Notes: generated by a model from the letters alone, not told the origin. DNA of 64,000 nucleotides from Lytechinus pictus (GCF_037042905.1 NC_087245.1:17114001-17178000); one strand, 5' to 3'; counted from the first letter of the stretch, positions 1 to 14,460 are shown. Translations and numbers: made by a program.

Positions 1-3000
1 TACGAATCTTTTTGAAATTATTATATACATGCACCCGCCTCTTGTCTAGTACTTTTTACAATACTCTCTCTTTCTCCTTTGACCCTTTCCTTCCCTTCTT
101 CCCCGGGCTTCTTCCCCGGGCTTCTTCCCATCTCTTTATCTCCTCCTCTCTATATCACGTGTAGAGTGCTAAATACATTTTCAGCAACTGGGATGCTAAA
201 AACAGCACCTTTTAGTCGTTTTAGTCTGTGTGAACTACAGCACATGCTGAAAAATCCATCACCCCGAAATGTTGTCACTTTTCATGCTTTTTGAGCTCCA
301 AGTTTTTAGACTCCCCCCCCCCTCTCTCTCTCTTTCTCTTTATACAGACTAAAATTAGCAGTATGCATCAACTCCTTATAAAGTGATTTATCGATTAGTT
401 GCTATGTGGAGGTGTAACTGATTAGGGTGGGCGGGGCCATGATTTCGTCCAAGTCAAACAATTATCTGGTTAAATACACCAATCTTAACATGCAGGTGTG
501 ATGTCGCTGAAAATACATTACAGTTTAGCTGTAGGCCTAGATCATTCAAAGATATTGCGTATGTACGATAAATTCTCCAGTGTTGCTATTTTCATCTGTC
601 ATGTCTGTTGCTCAGTAACTTCATTGACATTTCGTTATAGGAGTTTTACTGAATACAGAGAACAGTCCGATCTCTTAACGAGTCTGGACATGGGTCTGAA
701 TAAAATTACCGATGGGAGCGCATAAACTTGGTTGAATTATAGAAAGTAAATTAATGTATATACAAAACCATAATTCTGTGATTCGATCCATCCTCTTATG
801 AAACAGTGATAACTCCCACGAATAGTCATTTTAAAAATATAAGTTTTCACGTGAAAAACGATTTCATTAAAAAAGATACCTTGAAATATTTAAAGAAGCT
901 TGCAAGGTCTTGCTCTAAATGTTATTTTTGTTATAATTCTGTATCATAAACACAACAATTACGATGAGAAACAGATAAACGGACGCATGTGTAGGCATAT
1001 AATACTTTGTGAAGAACCCGTAAACTCGCCTACACAATAATTGTAAAATCTTAAACTGTTGCTTTTTGTGCATTACAATGCACATTATCCCACGAGGCCA
1101 GTTAGCTGTCGAGTATTCTTTTGTAGGACCGCACACGTCGGGTTATTTGTAGACTGATGGGGGCATTTTAAGAAAGGGGGCTTTTTTATTTTTCTTTCTT
1201 TACTTCCTATACATGTACATCTGAAACGAAGGGGTATAATTGGTTAGGTCTGTATTCCGTGCAATTTCGGATGAGTAAAGTCATGACATCTATTTCGACG
1301 ACCCCCCTCCTCCACTAATATTATTTCCGTATCTTCGGAAGGAGGGGGGGGGTGAAGACGGCAGAATGCCCTTTGCCGCCCCTGCCAAATGTATAGTGTA
1401 ATAAAAAGAGAGAGAGGAGAGGTGTTCATACTGTGGAAGGGGGTTTTCTGCCCCCTCTCCCGTGGAGTTTTCCAGGTAACTATATCATGTACATAGTGTA
1501 TTACTAGACCTCTAAGATCGATTTTCATTTCATTTATCCTGTTACCCGAAATATATTTTTATATTGCTAAAACCCTCTGAAAAGATAAAATAAAGCTAGA
1601 AAGATATATATTACAAGCAAGAAAAAACTTTTTTTTTTTTTTTTTTTTTTGGGGGGGGTCGCTTATCCTTCACCCACCCGTGCAGATAACCATGGGCAGT
1701 GTTATTACGTCTATGACCTCTCTTACCACTTAAATTAAAATAAGTGTGACATAACTGATCATTTGATGAAAAGACTCAGGCACCAGTTAAAAATGTATTG
1801 CATTGTATTCCCATTCCCGAATGCATGGAATGGATCCTATTGTGATTCCAAACGACTGTTCAACTCCGAAGACAACCGACTCTTGTTCCCTTACCCTTTC
1901 AGGTTTCTATTGGGGGAGAATGTGTACAAAAGCTATCTATACTCGTAAACAAATACGATCTTTGTTTGTAAATTTTCAAGAGTCGTACTATAGTATTCAA
2001 GAATAGATCTAAAAGCAGTCGCAAATTTTCCGTTCACAATACAATCGTCTTAAAATGTTACACTCCTATTTCTACCGTAACGTCGACATTGCCGCTCGTT
2101 ATCTCTATAGTTACCCTTCCTTTTCCATTCTATTTATTTTCCCACAATTTCCAAGACCATGTGATTGTTTGTAATCAACATTTCTTATATTTTCTCTTTT
2201 GAATGATTCGCCTGCATGTTGTAAACGAATGCCCATAACATCTCTCATGTATCCTAGGCCTACATCGACTGTCCACCCCACCCCACCCCGGCCGCCCCCT
2301 TGGTGGGGGCAAGGAACACGTGATTCAGCCAGCCCCCATGACCTACCATTGCCCGTTTCCTTCCCTTTCACTCTATCATCATGATCAGTCAGGTTCATTT
2401 GTAAGTCATGTCGGTGAGCTCTTTACCCATGCTAATCCCATCAAAGCTAAACGTTGTGCCGATAATCTCTATGTACATAGGTCCTGACCACACTGAACTT
2501 CACACCCCATCGGGTGCCAATAAACAATCTTGTCCTCAACTATTTCGTGCAACAGTTATTATATGATCATCAATCACATCAATGAATAATTGATTGTTTT
2601 AAAAATCCTTAATATCGTATCATTTTTATATACTGCATTCTTTTCAAAATATGAATTAATACTTCCCCGTGAGTCAGTCGGCCGTGCCGATTAATCCTTG
2701 CCCATTTTACGCGTGACACTGTATTTTATATTGTACATGATTTAGGCCTACTCTTCTATATTTCAAGTCCCATTTGGTTGAAATTCGAATGAAATTCAAA
2801 TTGAATTTTCATATGAATTATGAAAATTAACATGCGTAGCATTGCGACAAAATGAAGAAGAGTGCACTGTATATGTTAAAGCATATCCCGTGGTATTAGT
2901 GTATCTAGTTTGCATTGCTTTGCGATTTCAAACTAGAGAGGTAAGACTACGGGAACACGATCTCTTGGAAATTGTAAGCAAGCGAAGCGCGAGCGCACAA

Positions 3001-4449
3001 AAGTCCACATTTCTAAAAATAAGTAATAAATTCTTTAACAGATTCAGTAAGATTACTATTTCATTTTTAGCCTCTAAAGGAAAAAAATAATTGTCTTTTA
3101 TAGTAAGAAAGTGAAAAATAACATAATCCACTGGATCTTCAACGACATTTCTGAGCCTCGCCTTTGAGTTAGATGTAGAAACAAAATAATTGATCGTTAA
3201 ACCTTCAAGATATGACAATTCATGAAACAATGATGGATATCCTTCCATGAATCGAATTCAAAACTATGTTATTCACACACCATGACAACATTTCTCGTGA
3301 TTGTGATCTATTTTCTTAATGATTTGGTCAAACAATTACCAGGATTACATTCTTCTGTTGGTACGGAAAAAATCGTAAATTATGTCAAAGTTGAGGTTGG
3401 TTCAATTACCACTCCCCCCCAAAAAAAAACTCGGTTCGAATTTTCGGTGTCATCTTTCTTGTATCCCTTTGGTGAAACCCCTTGGCCTCTTTGCAAGATA
3501 GAAGAGCTTTTTGTGCCAACCATTCTTGAATTTTTCCGCGCCACTTATGGCCTCTATTCTTTCCTTTCATTGTGTAGAATGTTTAAATTGGAGACGGGTA
3601 TGTCCTCTTTCGGAAGAGATTAAAATAAAACGAAGAAAATGTTTGTGAGCACCCCGGCGTGCGTAATTCAGAAAAAAAACTTTTTCTTTTGTGCATAATG
3701 GACAAAACATTTCTGTGTCCGGAATGATGGCAAATAAACGGGTGTGGTATATATAATGCTGAATCTTGGCGTCTTGCTTGAAAACTCACCAAGAAAACAA
3801 ACAAGTGTTTTGTAAAGGTAGGTTGATTGTTCAGCCAACACTTTAATAAGACGGGAATAGGGCAGTAATAATGACGTTCGTTTTAAATTTTTACTTTTAA
3901 GTCCATGCAAAGACATTCTCATGAGGTTGTTCAGAAGTCAAAAGGTGTACCTAAAATTGGAAACGACAAGTAATTTACTGTCCATTCAACATACTCCAAG
4001 TTACAGACTGTGCTTTATCGAAGACATGTTATTTTACATGTGTATCCATGAGGGTTTTTTAGAGAAAGAGGGGGGGGGGGGGGTGTACACTCACTTTGCT
4101 GTGAATCACCCAGATTGGTGAATAGTTAGAATTTTGAAGTGCCTATTCAACTGACTGAGTCTTTTAAGAGAAATTTATATAGTGAAAAGTAGTATTAGAG
4201 AGTTGTGTGTGTGATTGATAATGTACTGCACAATTTCATTGATAATCATGATGTATATTTTGATTCATGAGAGAAAATAATAGGTTTTATTTCAATGAAC
4301 ACAATGAGATATAAATTCCAGCTAATATGATTTGATTTTCTTTCGAGTGATTGTTATGATAGGCCAGGTAAACTAAGAGTAGTCGTGTAGGAAATTAATG
4401 TATATCTTCACTTCACTTTGCCATAATGAGCATTTTTTGTAACAGATGT

Positions 4450-4680
4450 CAAGTATGGCGTTGGGGGAGAAATTAACGAAGTGCTGCGAGAGAGCGAAGC
4501 GAGCAAGCCAAAATTTTGACCTTTACAATATAAAAATCTATTTTTTGTAATAGATTTTGAAAAAATATTCAGAAAATGAAGTGATATTTCACCCTTTTCC
4601 ATTTTCTTTTCTTTTTTTCCTCATCTTTTTCTTTGTATTCATATTGGGGTCCATGACCCCCCATCTCGACACCCTTGCTC
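4450..4680. mobile_element. Diverged copy of the 14206-14460 MITE family
   Basis: Shares TTGTAATAGATTTTGA and ATATTTCACCCTTTTCC blocks; contains GAGCGAAGCGAGC. Ends approximate. Confidence 0.55.
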
Positions 4681-5480
4681 TAAAGTCAGTCATTTTTAAG
4701 TCTTCATTACCCAATGCCCGGTGGTCACTGACCCCTCTGCCAATTAGTCTCATTTGTTACTTTACGTTATCTTGAGCTTAAATACACGTTTTAGATTTGA
4801 CAAAATTGTTATTTTCTAGGGATAATGCATATTACAGTCTGTTAGAACACAGAGATTCGTTGTTAAATACAATTAAAACGTCTTCTATGCCTAATTATTG
4901 AAACCTTGTTATTGGTGATCATCTGAAAAGCGTTCGTTCACCCCTTTTCTAACAATCAACTTCGTTGATTTTCTACGAATTTGCTATGAAAGAAATCTAG
5001 AGAACGTTTTGAACCATACGTAAACAAATAATAATGCTTGCTGTCCCATTGCTGTGGTTACTGTACAGTTTGTCAACTATAAAGAATAACAGAATTAAAG
5101 AATAGAAATGAATAAAGGACAAGATCATCCTACGCGATAAAAAAATATCTCTCTCCCTCTACCTCTTGGCCCATTCTCATTTCTTTTCCCCTCTGTTCCA
5201 TTTCGCCCAATTTTTGCGATTTCTTTCGAAGTTTGTCGACTGAATGGGTCTCGATGAGCAAGTGGGAGGGTAAAGGGGCGGAGACAATGCAACAAACGAG
5301 GCGAATCGTGCGCCCCGTCAGACTCGGTTCAAGGAATCCCCTCATGGTTATTTTGTTCCATGGTGCGAGGGTTTGGCTGTTTGATTCCAAGGAGAAACGA
5401 AATAATATGGTTCCGAGTTTTGATATAGATTTAAAAGTCAAGTTGAATGAATGAATAGTTCATTTCGGGTGGATTTAGCC

Positions 5481-6177
5481 TTAACCCCAAAAGGATTGGG
5501 CTATTTGAGATGTATTGAGGACTGGGGGCACATTATTTACCACAAACTATAAGCCAGTATAAAAAAATCTGAAAATAAATATTTTTTCATTTATTATGAA
5601 TAAAATATGGAAATTAGTTCGTGAAAAACATTATTTGCAAATTTAACACCGAATTTCACTTCAAATGTTCTTGTTTTTTTTCCAGATGTCATCTTTGTAT
5701 TCTAGTTTAAAGGTTTCCACAAAGAAAAATTGCGAAAGCCAATTTTTCCTTATGTATTTTTTTGCTTTTAGAATTTCTTATGTATATCTTTGTTTTTTTC
5801 ATCTTTTGTTTTTCATTGTTTTAATGGAAATTATTACAGACCATTTAAAAACTAAGTTGAACCCTTAAATAATTAAGCAGACCAATTAGAATGAAAAATA
5901 ATCACCCGTTTATGAATTTCATCTCCCATAGACTTTCACAGACTTTTCAAGTATGAAAATGAGCCATTTTCGGCATGACATTTTTTCGTAAAAAGTCACG
6001 TGGCGTCGCGATGCTATACCCGTATGTCGCGAATTTGGTCTCAAAAGTTGTGTGACACTTTAAAGAAAAAAAATCATAAAATTTTGCGGCGCTATCTTTT
6101 TGTGTTACGGAAATATCGAGCGAAGCGTCAAGGGGGGCCATGATGCCCCTCCCCTTCCAGTCCTCTTAGCATCAAAA
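5481..6177. mobile_element. piggyBac-like MITE remnant
   Basis: Starts TTAA|CCC. Subterminal GAGGACTGG is mirrored by CCAGTCCTC near 6157-6165; the right terminus is degenerate. Confidence 0.5.
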
Positions 6178-6818
6178 GGTAAAATAAATCCATACGGTAC
6201 GTGTTATGATTTTGAACCGCAAGGGATAAAACGACTGAATCGAATCCGATCAATGATACTTGATCAAAATAATGTGGGGGCAACCCATTCAGCAAAAGTA
6301 GGACTAATTTATGGATTCCGTTCCGTTTGCCTCAGGTAGTTCTGACCTACTAGCTTACGGAAATCACCCGACCTGCTTGCCATTAGTCATATATTTTTAA
6401 TGGCCGATAAACGTATATCGCTACTTTTTTTTAATACAGGTCGACTTTCAAATATCTGTTTTATACCATCCCATATATCTATTCGCGTAATTTTTATTGT
6501 CTAGAAGGTATAAGTACATACGCGATTGATAAAAAAATACTTACGGCTTGGGTAGAGACAACGCAACCAAGGGATGGCTAATCCCGTGGATGTTTGATAT
6601 TCGGTCTTTGGTTTACTCCCTCGTGTGCATTCTACAATAGTTTGTGAAGAAGGAAACTTTCTTTCTTCATGTAGAGCTGTTTACAATCTAAACCAAGTAC
6701 TGCCATTCCACAACAAATGGCATTCGGCAAGCTCATTTAGCAATGTGACCGTTCCGTGATTGTTTTGTTAGGAATATAATTTCTGGAAGAATCCCTCGTT
6801 CGAAAGAAATTCACAATT

Positions 6819-6824
6819 ATGAAG
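6819..6824 (+). CDS. Candidate coding end of an alternative first exon (Met-Lys)
   Basis: attATG AAG|GTAAGA: A at -3 and a near-consensus phase-0 donor compatible with the 17053 acceptor. No transcript evidence. Confidence 0.4.
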
Positions 6825-7178
6825 GTAAGATCTCCGCGATACTTCGAAGATGTAATCTTTAAAAACATTTGTGTTCATGAATATGTTTTGTTTACCTTTC
6901 ATTTAATTTTGATAATATGTACACCTTTCAAATACATGTAACTTCCTGATAAGTGGTTTAGTTGTTGTTTAGTGGTCTTATGCGTTTTGAAGATTATCAT
7001 CATTTCCATCGTGTCAAAATCTCCAGTCGGCAAGGTCGAGGAACACTTGAAGTTTTTCGAGATTGCTTATTCTCTGCAGATTTTTATGTATATGAATAAA
7101 TAACATCGCGTATTATGGCGGCGGCGTTACTTTGTTTTTTGATTGCTTATTGTCATCGATTCTTGATATTAAGTGACA

Positions 7179-7226
7179 TTATTTATTTATTTATTTGTTT
7201 ATTTATTCATTTATTTATTTATTTAT
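7179..7226. repeat. (ATTT)n microsatellite
   Basis: Direct reading. Confidence 0.9.
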
Positions 7227-7282
7227 TACATCAGGGATTACTCCCATCAGTGGTACCTCAAATTTGCAGATAGCAATATATT

Positions 7283-7314
7283 AGTAGTAGCAGCAGCAGA
7301 AGTAGTAGTAGTAA

Positions 7315-7362
<48 letters not shown>

Positions 7363-7393
7363 CAGTAGTTGTAGTAGTAGTAGTAGCAGCAGC

Positions 7394-7440
<47 letters not shown>

Positions 7441-7526
7441 CAGTAGCAGCAGCAGCAGTAGTAGTAGTAGTAGTAGTAGTATAGTAGTTGTAGTAGTTGT
7501 AGTAGTAGTAGTATTTAGTAGAAGTA

Positions 7527-7557
<31 letters not shown>

Positions 7558-7600
7558 TAGTAGCAGTAGTAGTAGTAGTAGTAATAGTAGTAGTAGAATT
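7283..7600. repeat. Compound (GTA)n/(GCA)n trinucleotide microsatellite, ~320 bp
   Basis: Direct reading; it generates the poly-V/A and poly-T/A ORFs in the track. Confidence 0.95.
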
Positions 7601-8363
7601 AGTATTAGTTCTTGTTGTTTTTGTTTTTTGTTGAAGTATTATTATTCTATTCTTCTTCATCGTTATCATCATCATTATTATCGTTTCCTTTATAATTTTT
7701 AGTATTATAATTCTTATCTATTTCATTGAGCACGTTTAAACCCATGATTATTAGCAGATACGATTATGTTTGGTGAAAGAAAGGGGAAACTGCAAGCTAA
7801 TATTTATAAAACCAAAATACAATTTCCCAAATGAGAAGGCGTGTTTCCAACCCTAAGTAGATCTAAAGCTCTGAAAAATCTTTAAATCATATCGGATCTG
7901 CATGAGGGAAACTCAATTTTCCATGATTTCCAGGAGTGGATTTAGGTATCCTCATCGTAATCCATGATTGGCTACTAACAGGTGCAACGATGTCACCCTC
8001 TCACCCCTTCATGGATCTGAGCTGGGGTGGGATACCAGTCATGTTTGGAGGATAATCTGCTGATGGATATAGCTTTGGAAAAGCTCGAGAATTGTAATAG
8101 GATGTTTATGATGGCTTTCATTTTATCCCTGGAAATAAATTTGATAATGAGAAAACAGCCCATTATCAATAATTGGCGGAATGCTATCGATGCAGGGTTT
8201 TTAAACTAAAACAGACTCTGAGGTGAAAAACTGATAAATAATATTGATTAAACAAATAGAGAAATAAAAAGATAGGTAAATAAATAAATATACCAATATA
8301 TTGAAATAGATAAATGAATAATTGAATAAATGATTGAATAAGTAAATGAATATATTAATGATT

Positions 8364-8580
8364 GCATCAGTCGGTAGAGCGGGGGAATCGTATTCTGGTG
8401 ACCCGGGTTCGATTCACACTTGGTGCGCTAGTGCCCTTTGGTAAGGCATTAATCCTCATTACCAGGTCCTTCGGAGAGGACCTTAAGCCGTCGGTCCTCT
8501 GGTTGCTTGCTTACAAGCATTCATGCTTTCTTAGCAATCAGGTAAAAAATCCCCACCAATCAATCAATCAATCAATCAAT
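8364..8580 (+). mobile_element. tRNA-derived SINE with (CAAT)n tail
   Basis: A-box-like AGTCGGTAGAGC, B-box GGGTTCGATTC (8405-8415), a body resembling SINE central domains (GTGCCCTTTGGTAAGGCATTAATCC; GAGGACCTTAAGCCGTCGGTCC) and a 3' tandem CAAT tail. Confidence 0.8.
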
Positions 8581-10111
8581 TATATGATTGAATAAATAAA
8601 TGCATACATGAATTAATATGTACATAAATAAAATAAAAGCTAAAATACAAGAAAACAAAAACCTGAAAAATTATCATTCAGTTTTTATTCATCCCCTCAA
8701 AACACAAAACTACTAAAATCTTATGAATGTACAGGCTGTAATTATGCAATTTTATACTCACAAACCCGCCAAATTTTCGATGTGGCCTACATGTAGGCCT
8801 GCAATGTAAACCAATCTTTATAAAAATGTATCATGTCCTACAGTTTTGATGTTATATAAAAATATTTATCAGCAAACATGGGATCACTCAACACAGTCAT
8901 GTATAAAAGTTAATCAAAGGAAGCAAACAAATTAATCATCGCCGGAGTGTATGTTAGTCATTTTCAACTTGAATTTTCTTTAAAAACATCAACGGGCCAA
9001 TAGGATAAGACATGTTTTTGACTGGAGGAATGTCTATCTTTCAAACTCATGCCTGAGCTTCGAAATGTATTTAATATATTTATATTCGTCGGTAAACACA
9101 AGAACTTGACAATCGGCTTGCTTATTAATTATAATTGTTAGATTGTTTTTTAGACTATGGCGGAATCGTGTCATTAACATATTAAACATGTTCAAAACAT
9201 GCCATAGCATCCTATGTCTGGGCCTGTCAATACCACAGGAAACAGTGTCTTACAGAGTGACAGCAGATTGATCGAAGGCCTCTGTCCCGTCTATTTTAAG
9301 AGTTATATGTTTCTGATATCTTAAATACCGTTTCTGCCTGCATGGAGGTTGTACGAATATAAACCCAGCCGCTAATATCCTCATAACCCCCGACATCCGG
9401 CTGCTAGCCGATAGGGTGCAAACAGGAGTGATTTATACAAGAGAGAAAAAAAAACTAACAAACATGCAAGTGCCTTGGCTTGCCATAGCTAAAGGCGACA
9501 AAGTCTAACCATAGATCTGTAATAGCTCTATAGTTTAACACATGAAATGTATTCGTGCCGTGTGACCGCCACCGAATCCTTGGCTTGATCCGGATTGGAC
9601 AGCTACCCATGTCACGTGGTTTAATGTCACGGCGCCAGTGATGATGATGATAGCTAAATCGTTTTGCAGAAACTGTTGCGTATATCCTGTTTTGACAGTG
9701 TGTGGCGAAAATCTTTCAACTTCAGAGTAGTTTTACGACGTACAAAATTGCATTGTGATTGTTCACCAACGTCTAGACCTTTTATTTAGGAAGATGATGC
9801 CGAATTTTAGAAGCCAATTATATGCATTCATCACTTCAAACAAACACCAGTCTATGTCAGAGAATCTGGTTACCGCTAGAATGTGATCAAGGGACTCGCC
9901 TGTTCCAATTTGGAAAATTCGCAGACTTCTCCCAGACGGCTCTATTGTATGTTTTGCTTGTAAATGAGACTATCGTAATCTTTCTTATAAAAGTCAGCAA
10001 TATTTTGTCTGCTACTAAATGATGTGATTAATTATTGGAGTAGTTACCATTACTGTGACCATTCAAATTTGCAGGAAATTTGAAAAACACTTTCTTTCCA
10101 CTTCAATCATC

Positions 10112-10120
10112 ATGAAAAAG
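10112..10120 (+). CDS. Candidate coding end of an alternative first exon (Met-Lys-Lys)
   Basis: atcATG AAA AAG|GTATGT: A at -3 and a strong phase-0 donor compatible with the 17053 acceptor. No transcript evidence. Confidence 0.45.
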
Positions 10121-13100
10121 GTATGTATCTTTTTTCAGCAACCACGATTCGTTATTATTAGAATATCAAAATTCACTTCCCTTTATTTTGTCGAACATGT
10201 ATAGATACTATATATCAACGTTGTCTGCTCCGTTTGGTTATGAAGATCACTTCATCTTGACATGGAAATGTGTTCCGTGGTAGATGTAATATGTTTTATT
10301 TTGACTGTTTAATACTATTAATCTTTAACTCATAAATTTACTGTCAATTTATTGACAATTCTTAAAAATTGGCTCCATTAAATCCGGAAAATGCACACGA
10401 AGATAAATGCATTGTTGATTTATGGTAATGATGACAATAGCTGACCACATGATTGAGTTTTAACATTACCCAAGCGCTGAATTTGATTTACTGGGCATAA
10501 CAACACAACACATGTTATATCCATGGCATGAGATGGAATGACACTCTAAATGCACTTGAAAGTTACTTTTGTATTTATTTCATTGAATTCCATTCTGAGA
10601 TTAAAGATATTGCTTAACATTAAAAATGTCTCGTTTAAAAAAAAACTGAACGCTGATTTGTGTCCATATCGAAAAAAAAAAGAATTGGAAGAAATAATAA
10701 AACACTGTGCACACACTTTTCATTTTTTAAGTAATAACTTGCAAGAAATTTTCACCGGAGTGACAAAAAGTAGAAGTCTTGTAATTTATTTCCCTCGTGG
10801 GCATTTGAATTCAACACCTCACAACCACTGAAAACGAACGCAACTTTTCTTGACCTGCCAAGATGTCTGGCTGGACCTTGATACCTGGAAAGCAATCTTT
10901 AACTTTTAACAGGTTGGGAGACAAATACATGGTTATACCCTTGACACAGCTATCTTGTGTCTTTGATTGACTCGTTATCACGATCAAGATTCGGTTTAGT
11001 TCCTCAGGTCATGACCTGCAATATGTCTCTCCAAATATCCCGAACCACTTTCTAGATAATTCAGGTTTAGATGAAAGGTCTTCAGTCTGCCAACGACAAA
11101 GAAGTTTTTGTGATATGACAGAGGCGAACTTGAGCCGATAGACTCGTTTGGGATTTATGAGTTTGAATAATTTATTGTCATCTTATCTGTATACCAGATA
11201 GCATTAAAAAGACAAGATTCATTTTAATCATGTCTCTTCAACAAATCACGGAGTTGTAACAAGGCTCAGCCATAAACACTGAAGTGATTACTTTCAGATG
11301 CTTCGGATATTTTCAAAGACTTATTACAAGGCTATTACATCCATCACTCTAATGTTCAAACTTGTCATTCTTCAAGATCTTACCTTTGACATGAAATGAC
11401 CTTTAGGGTCACGGTAAAGAACTCAAGTTTGCCGATGAGACCTGGAGAACGAGGGGAAAACTGTACGCTCTACTTCACTCGAGAAACGATACCAGATGGG
11501 TGCATGAGAAATCCCCCAACAAACTTCAATCGTTACCTGTTTGCAAGTGTTCTTAAAGGCATGGACCTGTTAAGGTAATGTTCTTTTACCAAACAGTCCA
11601 GAGGGAAACCTTGGGGGAAAGGGAATGAGCTATTTTACAGCAGAGGATTTGCTAGATCCCTAACAACACTTTCAATCAAGAATCTAAACAGGTTTAGTGC
11701 GAGGCGGGAGGAGGGTGACAGTATGGCTGTAGACACCAATTCGTCCCACCACTTTCATGCTTTCCAGGACTTAAAACTGTACTTAGTCATGGTTGTTACT
11801 TGTTGAATGTAATTGCTGTTTTAAAATGTGAAACAATCAGTGAGTGATGTAGGGGAAGGTTGTGGATGCTCGCTGTTTGTATTTGTAATGAACAAGGGAT
11901 CGCATCATAGATGCAAGGTATTACAACTTCTGAACGTACTCTAGGTAGTACGGCATTGTGGCTGAATTAATGTTATTCATTCTTGGTGTATTCCGGACGT
12001 GTTGATTAGAATAGATGTTTACTCATCAACCAGGTTCTTATGACACCATTTTAGTGAAAAGCGGAAGATATGTTGAATAGATAGTGTCACTGAAAAGGCT
12101 TTGACACCCTATAAAGCACCGGGAATTAAGAAGGACAAAACTTATGCTCATAACTTCCAGGTTTGCCGGATGGACATACGAGTCTCTTCTCAGATACTAT
12201 GAGGATTTACCTCCCAAAGTAAATACAACAAAATGAACTACTATACGGAATGTACTCTTGATTCTTTGTATCGAAATCGTTTATGATTAAGTTCTCTTGT
12301 TCCATATCTGATGGAAAGCGATAGACACGGTAAACATGAAATGAGCAGTGGATATCCACTTCTGTATGATCTTCTGTTGAACGCGGTTCAACATTCGAGT
12401 GCTTTAACATTTTGATGGAGGGATACCAAACGTTCGTTAGTGATGTATTGTCGAATTATTTCCTGAGGTTACGGCAAATAAAGCAAGCAGATAGTCAATA
12501 CCTTTCCTTAAAATGTTTGATTTGGAACTCCGTTTCGAGTTGGACAAGGTTCTAAAAGCACTTTGTAAGTTTGTATTTTGTTGGATTAACTTTGATTGAC
12601 AGAAATAAACAAGCCTTGTTGAGTGAAAGTGAATCCTCTATATTCCCATTCCAAAGGGGGAGTGTTGAACCGGTACTAATGCCGGTAAAATATAATCCTG
12701 TTTATTTTTCACGTGCCTAGTCGCTTTTGACATAATTCAAGTTTGCTATTTGCCGACTCGTTGAATGATGGGATTACCCAAGTTTTCTGTTTTGTTGATT
12801 CCTTGAGCTGTCTTTTTGCCGCGTGTGGTTCATTTCAAAGTCAAACATACGTAAAATAAGTAAATCTGCAGGAATAAGCAAATGACAGTCTTGTGGAGAA
12901 ATATAACATTACATAATTATAACATAAGCATGAGTGGAGCCTATAATTCTGAATCTTAACCAATGCATGTCGTAGGACATAAAAGGAAGTCACCTTTAAA
13001 ATTGGGAGAAGGTTCTTTTTAAAGTTTATTTATCTTTCAAGATGTATATTTGTATTTGTCTTTGTGTTTGGGGCTGTGGGGCACCCCCCAAAAAAAAATT

Positions 13101-14205
13101 AACAAACAAACACACGTTTCACTACCGACGGAAAAGAAACAAAAACAAAGAAAGGACTTTTTTTTTTCTTAAAATTATGTTGAATTCGCTTTTACAAAAA
13201 TTAGATCTTGATTAAAGAGGTAATTGTTATTGCTCGAATGCTTCTATCCGCCCATCACGCCATTTGGTGATATATTTGTCATGTGATTGATCATGTGATC
13301 TGTGAAAGATGTAATCTAATTCTAAATGATGGCTATTCCTATAGTCGCTCTACTTTCACGACTTTTGTACACACATTTTTGTAACAATAGCATTCTACCA
13401 GCAATGGTTAAAACTTTATAGCAAGATTTGATAGGGGCCGCAAATTATATCGTTGAATATCATACCACTTCAGTTACTGGTAAATATAATATAATATAAT
13501 GGGATATTTTTTTTCTTCAATTTGTTGAAGGCTTTTACGTTCGTATGCAATGTTAATATTTTCTCAACGTCTCTGTATATACAAATGTACATGAATAAGC
13601 ACAGTATTAGAATATATCGTACCTTGTTCAAAGTAGGCGTCATCGTACAAGCCAATATCAACGAATAACTGAATCAATTAATTCATTTAGAAAAGGTGAA
13701 TCCATAAAAACCACAAATCTCACATCCCCTAGAGGTTTGTCGGAACGATAAAAGATTTCTTTTTCGTTACTACCTCACTGTTTATGTGTTTGAACAATAT
13801 TCCAGTGGCTTAATGTGTCTCCTTTTCATTCTTAACTATTGAAAGTTAAGAATCGTTCCGACAACCTAGCCCCTAAACCGCTTAAGGGAATAATAGGAAA
13901 ATATCCCGGGTGGAAAATTCAATTTTTCACAGAATGTGATTGATCTTTTATGTGTGAAAATAGCAAAATGGTCCATTACATTAAAAACGGCTCTGTGCGA
14001 ATGGTACTTTATATTGGGGAAAAGGAGATTATCTCGTATTAAAAGATGTACGTTTGAATACCGTCTCCCGTTTGATGTTATTCACTCAATCAAAATGGAT
14101 GAAAGGGGGGGGGGGGTCAATTGAAATAGGGTTATTTTAAGTTTTAATTATTACGGGTTGTACAAGACAAGATAATATAGGTATCGAGTAAAGTAAAGTC
14201 TGCAG

Positions 14206-14460
14206 CAGTGGCATAATAAGCACAAATATGAGGGGCTAGACATGGCTTCTGGTGCCAAATTTTCTTTTAAAAAAGGTTTATATAAAAGCCCAATTTTGTA
14301 ATAGATTTTGACAAATTTTTTAAAGAGTGATAACATATTTCACCCTTTTCCCTGTTCTTTTATCAATTTTCCTCATTTTTTTTTTGTGGGGGGGGGGTCG
14401 TGAAAATTGTTGGGGTCTATGGCTCCAAGCCCCCCCCCCCCCCCCATCTGAACGCCAGTG
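14206..14460. mobile_element. MITE with CAGTGGC-type termini (hAT-like)
   Basis: CAGTGGCAT...ACGCCAGTG with a poly-C subterminal run. The internal segment (TTGTAATAGATTTTGA...ATATTTCACCCTTTTCC) recurs at ~4530-4640. Confidence 0.6.

Noticed and set aside
7173..7675. ORFs 7173-7484 (+) and 7247-7675 (-) with poly-Val/Ala/Thr
   Set aside because: They are translations of the (GTA)/(GCA) microsatellite, with no domain or splice support.
8364..8425. tRNA gene
   Set aside because: No complete cloverleaf or acceptor stem, and it continues into a SINE body and tail.
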